Part shown: in pieces, positions 1 through 10,950 of the stretch
Position numbering within the stretch: the first letter of the stretch is position 1
Layout of the letters: every line of letters starts with the position of its first letter
Assembly (NCBI GenBank): GCA_964057225.1
Contig: OZ059898.1
Span: 19,220,001-19,284,000 of the forward strand
Reading direction: 5' to 3'
DNA length: 64,000 nt
Source of the DNA: Auanema rhodensis
Lineage: Eukaryota; Animalia; Nematoda
Notes under the pieces: model-generated
Database searches by the model: none
What the model was told of the DNA's origin: nothing
The model's input: the letters and a program-made list of their open reading frames with translations, nothing else
Position numbers and translations under genes: made by a program

Positions 1-68
1 TTTTCGAACAATCATAACTAATTTTTGTATTAAGCGTTTCTCAATGTAGTATAGTGCATTTGATGCGG

Positions 69-119
69 ATTTTTAAGCTGCGTCGATCTGTGTTATCAGA
101 TTCGCGCTAGCTTAAAAAT
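69..119. other. 51-nt imperfect inverted repeat (hairpin/cruciform potential), repeated in each monomer
   Basis: atttttaagct (69-79) is the exact reverse complement of agcttaaaaat (109-119). gcg (80-82) pairs with cgc (105-107), and atctg (86-90) pairs with cagat (97-101) around a 6-nt loop. Confidence 0.9.
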
Positions 120-136
120 GCACCGAGATATCAACT

Positions 137-158
137 GATATAAGTTCACACTTATATC
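137..158. other. 9-bp perfect inverted repeat with 4-nt loop, repeated in each monomer
   Basis: gatataagt (137-145) / tcac / acttatatc (150-158). Confidence 0.9.
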
Positions 159-260
159 CTCGATTTTCACCCTGAAGAATTAATTTTTTCGTTGAATAAC
201 ATTGTCCATCGTCTTTGCCTTGAAAAAAGGAATCTAAAAACATCTACTTTTTGCTAAATT

Positions 261-295
261 ATTTTGAAATTTTTCGAAAAAATTTTTGTCAAAAT
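261..295. other. A/T-tract dyad: 12-bp palindrome tttttcgaaaaa flanked by 7-bp inverted repeat
   Basis: tttttcgaaaaa at 270-281; attttga (261-267) is the reverse complement of tcaaaat (289-295). Confidence 0.8.
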
Positions 296-308
296 GTTTT
301 TGGAAGCA

Positions 309-336
309 ATGTTGAGTGTACATGGAAACTCAACAT
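309..336. other. 9-bp perfect inverted repeat with 10-nt loop, repeated in each monomer
   Basis: atgttgagt (309-317) / g(t/a)acatggaa / actcaacat (328-336). Confidence 0.9.
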
Positions 337-949
337 ACACTAATGCATCATTTTTCAAACGATCATAACTAATTTTTGTATTAAGCGTTTCTCAATGTAG
401 TATAGTGCATTCGATGCGGATTTTTAAGCTGCGTCGATCTGTGTTATCAGATTTGCGCTAGCTTAAAAATGCACCGAGATATCAACTGATATAAGTTCAC
501 ACTTATATCCTCGATTTTCACCCTGAAGAATTATTTTTTTCGTTGAATAACATTGTCCATCGTCTTTGCCTTGAAAAAAGGAATCTAAAAACATCTACTT
601 TTTGCTAAATTATTTTGAAATTTTTCGAAAAAATTTTTGTCAAAATGTTTTTGGAAGCAATGTTGAGTGAACATGGAAACTCAACATACACTAATGCATC
701 ATTTTTCGAACAATCATAACTAATTTTTGTATTAAGCGTTTCTCAATGTAGTATAGTGCATTTGATGCGGATTTTTAAGCTGCGTCGATCTGTGTTATCA
801 GATTTGCGCTAGCTTAAAAATGCACCGAGATATCAACTGATATAAGTTCACACTTATATCCTCGATTTTCACCCTGAAGAATTAATTTTTTCGTTGAATA
901 ACATTGTCCATCGTCTTTGCCTTGAAAAAAGGAATCTAAAAACATCTAC

Positions 950-3900
950 TTTTTGCTAAATTATTTTGAAATTGTTCGAAAAAATTTTTGTCAAAATGTT
1001 TTTGGAAGCAATGTTGAGTGTACATGGAAACTCAACATACACTAATGCATCATTTTTCAAACGATCATAACTAATTTTTGTATTAAGCGTTTCTCAATGT
1101 AGTATAGTGCATTCGATGCGGATTTTTAAGCTGCGTCGATCTGTGTTATCAGATTTGCGCTAGCTAAAAAATGCACCGAGATATCAACTGATATAAGTTC
1201 ACACTTATATCCTCGATTTTCACCCTGAAGAATTATTTTTTTCGTTGAATAACATTGTCCATCGTCTTTGCCTTGAAAAAAGGAATCTAAAAACATCTAC
1301 TTTTTGCTAAATTATTTTGAAATTTTTCGAAAAAATTTTTGTCAAAATGTTTTTGGAAGCAATGTTGAGTGAACATGGAAACTCAACATACACTAATGCA
1401 TCATTTTTCGAACAATCATAACTAATTTTTGTATTAAGCGTTTCTCAATGTAGTATAGTGCATTTGATGCGGATTTTTAAGCTGCGTCGATCTGTGTTAT
1501 CAGATTTGCGCTAGCTTAAAAATGCACCGAGATATCAACTGATATAAGTTCACACTTATATCCTCGATTTTCACCCTGAAGAATTAATTTTTTCGTTGAA
1601 TAACATTGTCCATCGTCTTTGCCTTGAAAAAAGGAATTTAAAAACATCTACTTTTTGCTAAATTATTTTGAAATTTTTCGAAAAAATTTTTGTCAAAATG
1701 TTTTTGGAAGCAATGTTGAGTGAACATGGAAACTCAACATACACTAATGCATCATTTTTCGAACAATCATAACTAATTTTTGTATTAAGCGTTTCTCAAT
1801 GTAGTATAGTGCATTTGATGCGGATTTTTAAGCTGCGTCGATCTGTGTTATCAGATTTGCGCTAGCTTAAAAATGCACCGAGATATCAACTGATATAAGT
1901 TCACACTTATATCCTCGATTTTCACCCTGAAGAATTAATTTTTTTGTTGAATAACATTGTCTATCGTCTTTGCCTTGAAAAAAGGAATCTAAAAACATCT
2001 ACTTTTTGCTAAATTATTTTGAAATTTTTCGAAAAAATTTTTGTCAAAATGTTTTTGGAAGCAATGTTGAGTGAACATGGAAACTCAACATACACTAATG
2101 CATCATTTTTCGAACAATCATAACTAATTTTTGTATTAAGCGTTTCTCAATGTAGTATAGTGCATTTGATGCGGATTTTTAAGCTGCGTCGATCTGTGTT
2201 ATCAGATTTGCGCTAGCTTAAAAATGCACCGAGATATCAACTGATATAAGTTCACACTTATATCCTCGATTTTCACCCTGAAGAATTAATTTTTTCGTTG
2301 AATAACATTGTCCATCGTCTTTGCCTTGAAAAAAGGAATTTAAAAACATCTACTTTTTGCTAAATTATTTTGAAATTTTTCGAAAAAATTTTTGTCAAAA
2401 TGTTTTTGGAAGCAATGTTGAGTGAACATGGAAACTCAACATACACTAATGCATCATTTTTCGAACAATCATAACTAATTTTTGTATTAAGCGTTTCTCA
2501 ATGTAGTATAGTGCATTTGATGCGGATTTTTAAGCTGCGTCGATCTGTGTTATCAGATTTGCGCTAGCTTAAAAATGCACCGAGATATCAACTGATATAA
2601 GTTCACACTTATATCCTCGATTTTCACCCTGAAGAATTAATTTTTTTGTTGAATAACATTGTCTATCGTCTTTGCCTTGAAAAAAGGAATCTAAAAACAT
2701 CTACTTTTTGCTAAATTATTTTGAAATTTTTCGAAAAAATTTTTGTCAAAATGTTTTTGGAAGCAATGTTGAGTGAACATGGAAACTCAACATACACTAA
2801 TGCATCATTTTTCGAACAATCATAACTAATTTTTGTATTAAGCGTTTCTCAATGTAGTATAGTGCATTTGATGCGGATTTTTAAGCTGCGTCGATCTGTG
2901 TTATCAGATTTGCGCTAGCTTAAAAATGCACCGAGATATCAACTGATATAAGTTCACACTTATATCCTCGATTTTCACCCTGAAGAATTAATTTTTTCGT
3001 TGAATAACATTGTCCATCGTCTTTGCCTTGAAAAAAGGAATCTAAAAACATCTACTTTTTGCTAAATTATTTTGAAATTTTTCGAAAAAATTTTTGTCAA
3101 AATGTTTTTGGAAGCAATGTTGAGTGAACATGGAAACTCAACATACACTAATGCATCATTTTTCGAACAATCATAACTAATTTTTGTATTAAGCGTTTCT
3201 CAATGTAGTATAGTGCATTTGATGCGGATTTTTAAGCTGCGTCGATCTGTGTTATCAGATTTGCGCTAGCTTAAAAATGCACCGAGATATCAACTGATAT
3301 AAGTTCACACTTATATCCTCGATTTTCACCCTGAAGAATTAATTTTTTTGTTGAATAACATTGTCTATCGTCTTTGCCTTGAAAAAAGGAATCTAAAAAC
3401 ATCTACTTTTTGCTAAATTATTTTGAAATTTTTCGAAAAAATTTTTGTCAAAATGTTTTTGGAAGCAATGTTGAGTGAACATGGAAACTCAACATACACT
3501 AATGCATCATTTTTCGAACAATCATAACTAATTTTTGTATTAAGCGTTTCTCAATGTAGTATAGTGCATTCGATGCGGATTTTTAAGCTGCGTCGATCTG
3601 TGTTATCAGATTTGCGCTAGCTTAAAAATGCACCGAGATATCAACTGATATAAGTTCACACTTATATCCTCGATTTTCACCCTGAAGAATTAATTTTTTC
3701 GTTGAATAACATTGTCCATCGTCTTAGCCTTGAAAAAAGGAATCTAAAAACATCTACTTTTTGCTAAATTATTTTGAAATTTTTCGAAAAAATTTTTGTC
3801 AAAATGTTTTTGGAAGCAATGTTGAGTGTACATGGAAACTCAACATACACTAATGCATCATTTTTCAAACGATCATAACTAATTTTTGTATTACGCGTTT

Positions 3901-6900
3901 CTCAATGTAGTATAGTGCATTCGATGCGGATTTTTAAGCTGCGTCAATCTGTGTTATCAGATTTGCGCTAGCTTAAAAATGCACCGAGATATCAACTGAT
4001 ATAAGTTCACACTTATATCCTCGATTTTCACCCTGAAGAATTATTTTTTTTGTTGAATAACATTGTCCATCGTCTTTGCCTTGAAAAAAGGAATCTAAAA
4101 ACATCTACTTTTTGCTAAATTATTTTGAAATTTTTCGAAAAAAGTTTTGTCAAAATGTTTTTGGAAGCAATGTTGAGTGTACATAGAAACTCAACATACA
4201 CTAATGCATCATTTTTCAAACGATCATAACTAATTTTTGTATTGAGCGTTTCTCAATGTAGTATAGTGCATTCGATGCGGATTTTTAAGCTGCGTCGATC
4301 TGTGTTATCAGATTTGCGCTAGCTTAAAAATGCACCGAGATATCAACTGATATAAGTTCACACTTATATCCTCGATTTTCACCCTGAAGAATTATTTTTT
4401 TTGTTGAATAACATTGTCCATCGTCTTTGCCTTGAAAAAAGGAATCTAAAAACATCTACTTTTTGCTAAATTATTTTGAAATTTTTCGAAAAAAGTTTTG
4501 TCAAAATGTTTTTGGAAGCAATGTTGAGTGTACATAGAAACTCAACATACACTAATGCATCATTTTTCAAACGATCATAACTAATTTTTGTATTGAGCGT
4601 TTCTCAATGTAGTATAGTGCATTCGATGCGGATTTTTAAGCTGCGTCGATCTGTGTTATCAGATTTGCGCTAGCTTAAAAATGCACCGAGATATCAACTG
4701 ATATAAGTTCACACTTATATCCTCGATTTTCACCCTGAAGAATTAATTTTTTCGTTGAATAACATTGTCCATCGTCTTTGCCTTGAAAAAAGGAATCTAA
4801 AAACATCTACTTTTTGCTAAATTATTTTGAAATTTTTCGAAAAAATTTTTGTCAAAATGTTTTTGGAAGCAATGTTGAGTGTAAATAGAAACTCAACATA
4901 CACTAATGCATCATTTTTCAAACGATCATAACTAATTTTTGTATTAAGCGTTTCTCAATGTAGTATAGTGCATTCGATGCGGATTTTCAAGCTGCGTCGA
5001 TCTGTGTTATCAGATTTGCGCTAGCTTAAAAATGCACCGAGATATCAACTGATATAAGTTCACACTTATTTCCTCGATTTTCACCCTGAAGAATCAATTT
5101 TTTCGTTGAATAACATTGTCCATCGTCTTTGCCTTGAAAAAAGGAATCTAAAAACATCTTCTTTTTGCTAAATTATTTTGAAATTTTTTGAAAAAAATTT
5201 TTGTCAAAATGTTTTTGGAAGCAATGTTGAGTGTACATGGAAACTCAACATACACTAATGCATCATTTTTCAAACGATCATAACTAATTTTTGTATAAAG
5301 CGTTTCTCAATGTAGTATAGTGCATTCGATGCGGATTTTTAAGCTGCGTCGATCTGTATCATCAGATTTGCGCTAGCTTAAAAATGCACCGAGATATCAA
5401 CTGATATAAGTTCACACTTATATCCTCGATTTTCACCCTGAAGAATTAATTTTTTTGTTGAATAACATTGTCCATCGTCTTTGCCTTAAAAAAAGGAATC
5501 TAAAAACATCTACTTTTTGCTAAATTATTTTGAAATTTTTTGAAAAAATTTTTGTCAAAATGTTTTTGGAAGCAATGTTGAGTGTACATGGAAACTCAAC
5601 ATACACTAATGCATCATTTTTCAAACGATCATAACTAATTTTTGTATTAAGCGTTCCTCAAAGTAGTATAGTGCATTCGATGCGGGTTTTTAAGCTGCGT
5701 CGATCTGTGTTATCAGATTTGCGCTAGCTTAAAAATGCACCGAGATATCAACTGATATAAGTTCACACTTATATCCTCGATTTTCACCCTGAAGAATTAA
5801 TTTTTTGGTTGAATAACATTGTCCATCGTGTTTGCCTTGAAAAAAGGAATCTAAAAACATCTACTTTTTGCTAAATTATTTTGAAATTTTTTGAAAAAAT
5901 TTTTGTCAAAATGTTTTTGGAAGCAATGTTGAGTGTACATGGAAACTCAACATACACTAATGCATCATTTTTCAAACGATCATAACTAATTTTTGTATTA
6001 AGCGTTTCTCAATGTAGTATAGTGCATTCGATGCGGATTTTTAAGCTGCGTCGATCTGTGTTATCAGATTTGCGCTAGCTTAAAAATGCACCGAGATATC
6101 AACTGATATAAGTTCACACTTATTTCCTCGATTTTCACCCTGAAGAATTAATTTTTTCGTTGAATAACATTGTCCATCGTCTTTGCCTTGAAAAAAGGAA
6201 TCTAAAAACATCTTCTTTTTGCTAAATTATTTTGAAATTTTTTGAAAAAAATTTTTGTCAAAATGTTTTTGGAAGCAATGTTGAGTGTACATGGAAACTC
6301 AACATACACTAATGCATCATTTTTCAAACGATCATAACTAATTTTTGTATAAAGCGTTTCTCAATGTAGTATAGTGCATTCGATGCGGATTTTTAAGCTG
6401 CGTCGATCTGTATTATCAGATTTGCGCTAGCTTAAAAATGCACCGAGATATCAACTGATATAAGTTCACACTTATATCCTCGATTTTCACCCTGAAGAAT
6501 TAATTTTTTTGTTGAATAACATTGTCCATCGTCTTTGCCTTGAAAAAAGGAATCTAAAAACATCTACTTTTTGCTAAATTATTTTGAAATTTTTTGAAAC
6601 AATTTTTGTCAAAATGTTTTTGGAAGCAATGTTGAGTGTACATGGAAACTCAACATACACTAATGCATCATTTTTCAAACGATCATAACTAATTTTTGTA
6701 TTAAGCGTTTCTCAATGTAGTATAGTGCATTCGATGCGGATTTTTAAGCTGCGTCGATCTGTGTTATCAGATTTGCGCTAGCTTAAAAATGCACCGAGAT
6801 ATCAACTGAAATAAGTTCACACTTATATCCTCGATTTTCACCCTTAAGAATTAATTTTTTTGTTGAAAAACATTGTCCATCGTGTTTGCCTTGAAAAAAG

Positions 6901-9900
6901 GAATCTAAAAACATCTACTTTTTGCTAAATTATTTTGAAATTTTTTGAAAAAATTTTTGTCAAAATGTTTTTGGAAGCAATGTTGAGTGTACATGGAAAC
7001 TCAACATACACTAATGCATCATTTTTCAAACGATCATAACTAATTTTTGTATTAAGCGTTTCTCAAAGTAGTATAGTGCATTCGATGCGGATTTTTAAGC
7101 TGCGTCGATCTGTGTTATCAGATTTGCGCTAGCTTAAAAATGCACCGAGATATCAACTGATATAAGTTCACACTTATATCCTCGATTTTCACCCTGAAGA
7201 ATTAATTTTTTTGTTGAATAACGTTGTCCATCGTGTTTGCCTTGAAAAAAGGAATCTAAAAACATCTACTTTTTGCTAAATTATTTTGAAATTTTTTGAA
7301 AAAATTTTTGTCAAAATGTTTTTGGAAGCAATGTTGAGTGTACATGGAAACTCAACATACACTAATGCATCATTTTTCAAACGATCATAACTAATTTTTG
7401 TATTAAGCGTTTCTCAAAGTTGTATAGTGCATTCGATGCGGATTTTTAAGCTGCGTCGATCTGTGTTATCAGATCTGCGCTAGCTTGAAAATGCACCGAG
7501 ATATCAACTGATATAAGTTCACACTTATTTCCTCGATTTTCACCCTGAAGAATTAATTTTTTCGTTGAATAACATTGTCCATCGTCTTTGCCTTGAAAAA
7601 AGGAATCTAAAAACATCTACTTTTTGCTAAATTATTTTGAAATTGTTCGAAAAAATTTTTGTCAAAATGTTTTTGGAAGCAATGTTGAGTGTACATGGAA
7701 ACTCAACATACACTAATGCATCATTTTTCAAACGATCATAACTAATTTTTGTATTAAGCGTTTCTCAAAGTTGTATAGTGCATTCGATGCGGATTTTTAA
7801 GCTGCGTCGATCTGTGTTATCAGATTTGCGCTAGCTAAAAAATGCACCGAGATATCAACTGATATAAGTTCACACTTATATCCTCGATTTTCACCCTGAA
7901 GAATTATTTTTTTCGTTGAATAACATTGTCCATCGTCTTTGCCTTGAAAAAAGGAATCTAAAAACATCTACTTTTTGCTAAATTATTTTGAAATTTTTCG
8001 AAAAAGTTTTTGTCAAAATGTTTTTGGAAGCAATGTTGAGTGAACATGGAAACTCAACATACACTAATGCATCATTTTTCGAACAATCATAACTAATTTT
8101 TGTATTAAGCGTTTCTCAATGTAGTATAGTGCATTTGATGCGGATTTTTAAGCTGCGTCGATCTGTGTTATCAGATTTGCGCTAGCTTAAAAATGCACCG
8201 AGATATCAACTGATATAAGTTCACACTTATATCCTCGATTTTCACCCTGAAGAATTAATTTTTTCGTTGAATAACATTGTCCATCGTCTTTGCCTTGAAA
8301 AAAGGAATCTAAAAACATCTACTTTTTGCTAAATTATTTTGAAATTTTTCGAAAAAATTTTTGTCAAAATGTTTTTGGAAGCAATGTTGAGTGAACATGG
8401 AAACTCAACATACACTAATGCATCATTTTTCGAACAATCATAACTAATTTTTGTAATAAGCGTTTCTCAATGTAGTATAGTGCATTTGATGCGGATTTTT
8501 AAGCTGCGTCGATCTGTGTTATCAGATTTGCGCTAGCTTAAAAATGCACCGAGATATCAACTGATATAAGTTCACACTTATATCCTCGATTTTCACCCTG
8601 AAGAATTAATTTTTTTGTTGAATAACATTGTCTATCGTCTTTGCCTTGAAAAAAGGAATCTAAAAACATCTACTTTTTGCTAAATTATTTTGAAATTTTT
8701 CGAAAAAATTTTTGTCAAAATGTTTTTGGAAGCAATGTTGAGTGAACATGGAAACTCAACATACACTAATGCATCATTTTTCGAACAATCATAACTAATT
8801 TTTGTATTAAGCGTTTCTCAATGTAGTATAGTGCATTTGATGCGGATTTTTAAGCTGCGTCGATCTGTGTTATCGGATTTGCGCTAGCTTAAAAATGCAC
8901 CGAGATATCAACTGATATAAGTTCACACTTATATCCTCGATTTTCACCCTGAAGAATTATTTTTTTCGTTGAATAACATTGTCCATCGTCTTTGCCTTGA
9001 AAAAAGGAATCTAAAAACATCTACTTTTTGCTAAATTATTTTGAAATTTTTCGAAAAAATTTTTGTCAAAATGTTTTTGGAAGCAATGTTGAGTGTACAT
9101 GGAAACTCAACATACACTAATGCATCATTTTTCAAACGATCATAACTAATTTTTGTATTGAGCGTTTCTCAATGTAGTATAGTGCATTCGATGCGGATTT
9201 TTAAGCTGCGTCGATCTGTGTTATCAGATTTGCGCTAGCTTAAAAATGCACCGAGATATCAACTGATATAAGTTCACACTTATATCCTCGATTTTCACCC
9301 TGAAGAATTATTTTTTTCGTTGAATAACATTGTCCATCGTCTTTGCCTTGAAAAAAGGAATCTAAAAACATCTACTTTTTGCTAAATTATTTTGAAATTT
9401 TTCGAAAAAATTTTTGTCAAAATGTTTTTGGAAGCAATGTTGAGTGAACATGGAAACTCAACATACACTAATGCATCATTTTTCGAACAATCATAACTAA
9501 TTTTTGTATTAAGCGTTTCTCAATGTAGTATAGTGCATTTGATGCGGATTTTTAAGCTGCGTCGATCTGTGTTATCAGATTTGCGCTAGCTTAAAAATGC
9601 ACCGAGATATCAACTGATATAAGTTCACACTTATATCCTCGATTTTCACCCTGAAGAATTAATTTTTTCGTTGAATAACATTGTCCATCGTCTTAGCCTT
9701 GAAAAAAGGAATCTAAAAACATCTACTTTTTGCTAAATTATTTTGAAATTTTTCGAAAAAATTTTTGTCAAAATGTTTTTGGAAGCAATGTTGAGTGTAC
9801 ATGGAAACTCAACATACACTAATGCATCATTTTTCAAACGATCATAACTTATTTTTGTATTAAGCGTTTCTCAATGTAGTATAGTGCATTCGATGCGGAT

Positions 9901-10950
9901 TTTTAAGCTGCGTCAATCTGTGTTATCAGATTTGCGCTAGCTTAAAAATGCACCGAGATATCAACTGATATAAGTTCACACTTATATCCTCGATTTTCAC
10001 CCTGAAGAATTATTTTTTTTGTTGAATAACATTGTCCATCGTCTTTGCCTTGAAAAAAGGAATCTAAAAACATCTACTTTTTGCTAAATTATTTTGAAAT
10101 TTTTCGAAAAAATTTTTGTCAAAATGTTTTTGGAAGCAATGTTGAGTGAACATGGAAACTCAACATACACTAATGCATCATTTTTCGAACAATCATAACT
10201 AATTTTTGTATTAAGCGTTTCTCAATGTAGTATAGTGCATTTGATGCGGATTTTTAAGCTGCGTCGATCTGTGTTATCAGATTTGCGCTAGCTTAAAAAT
10301 GCACCGAGATATCAACTGATATAAGTTCACACTTATATCCTCGATTTTCACCCTGAAGAATTAATTTTTTCGTTGAATAACATTGTCCATCGTCTTAGCC
10401 TTGAAAAAAGGAATCTAAAAACATCTACTTTTTGCTAAATTATTTTGAAATTTTTCGAAAAAATTTTTGTCAAAATGTTTTTGGAAGCAATGTTGAGTGT
10501 ACATGGAAACTCAACATACACTAATGCATCATTTTTCAAACGATCATAACTAATTTTTGTATTAAGCGTTTCTCAATGTAGTATAGTGCATTCGATGCGG
10601 ATTTTTAAGCTGCGTCAATCTGTGTTATCAGATTTGCGCTAGCTTAAAAATGCACCGAGATATCAACTGATATAAGTTCACACTTATATCCTCGATTTTC
10701 ACCCTGAAGAATTATTTTTTTTGTTGAATAACATTGTCCATCGTCTTTGCCTTGAAAAAAGGAATCTAAAAACATCTACTTTTTGCTAAATTATTTTGAA
10801 ATTTTTCGAAAAAAGTTTTGTCAAAATGTTTTTGGAAGCAATGTTGAGTGTACATAGAAACTCAACATACACTAATGCATCATTTTTCAAACGATCATAA
10901 CTAATTTTTGTATTGAGCGTTTCTCAATGTAGTATAGTGCATCCGATGCG
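950..10950 (+). repeat. Remnant higher-order duplication, 19-monomer offset (~950-4300 vs ~7620-10950); boundaries approximate
   Basis: Rare variants are paired 6671 bp apart (19x351+2): 974/7645, 1166/7837, 1962/8633, 3726/10397, 3946/10617, 4144/10815, 4244/10915. Confidence 0.85.
5050..6450 (+). repeat. 3-monomer-offset duplication inside the diverged island
   Basis: Variants are paired 1054 bp apart: 5070/6124, 5160/6214, A7 run 5191/6245, 5297/6351, 5358/6412. Confidence 0.88.

Larger units (their letters stand above)
1..351 (+). repeat. Reference monomer (351 bp, ~31% GC); more GC-rich palindromic core at ~54-175 and A/T-tract-rich domain at ~220-301
   Basis: G+C counted per 60-nt line of the consensus: 16, 24, 22, 17, 11 and 19 (last 51 nt). 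This copy has a private T>C at 103. Confidence 0.97.

Noticed and set aside
10-162. Origin of the palindromic core from a MITE/Helitron-type element
   Set aside because: Plausible for satellites in general, but no terminal inverted repeats, target-site duplications or element ends are visible because the array edges are outside the window.
187-203. tttcgttgaataacatt resembles the left half of the CENP-B box (NTTCGNNNNANNCGGGN)
   Set aside because: Only TTCG and A match; the essential CGGG is absent.
172-230. CTGAAGA (172-178) matches the hammerhead ribozyme CUGANGA box, with a downstream GAAA at 222; some animal satellites do encode hammerheads
   Set aside because: I could not build stem II between the boxes, nor a stem I partner preceded by a valid NUH triplet, and there is no minus-strand CUGANGA. 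An Infernal/RNAMotif hammerhead search on a dimer would be decisive.
220-301. Helically phased A-tracts giving intrinsic curvature
   Set aside because: Tracts are abundant but spacing is irregular (about 6-14 bp); a curvature model or gel-mobility test is needed.
1-351. Monomer length is a multiple of 3 (117 codons), so an array-long repetitive ORF was possible
   Set aside because: All six frames have consensus stops in each monomer: plus strand taa (19), tag (47), taa (15); minus strand via tca (12), tca (41), tta (73).
309-351. Faint remembered resemblance of tgaacatggaa to the Drosophila 359-bp (1.688) satellite, and size similarity to ~340-360-bp tenebrionid beetle satellites
   Set aside because: The match is too short and from memory only, with no extended similarity visible, so no family or host is assigned without a database search.
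1-351. Monomer as an ancient dimer of ~175-bp subunits, or as a tRNA/5S rDNA repeat
   Set aside because: The halves share only short low-complexity words (tttttcg, aatttttgt). No tRNA cloverleaf or recognisable 5S sequence was found.
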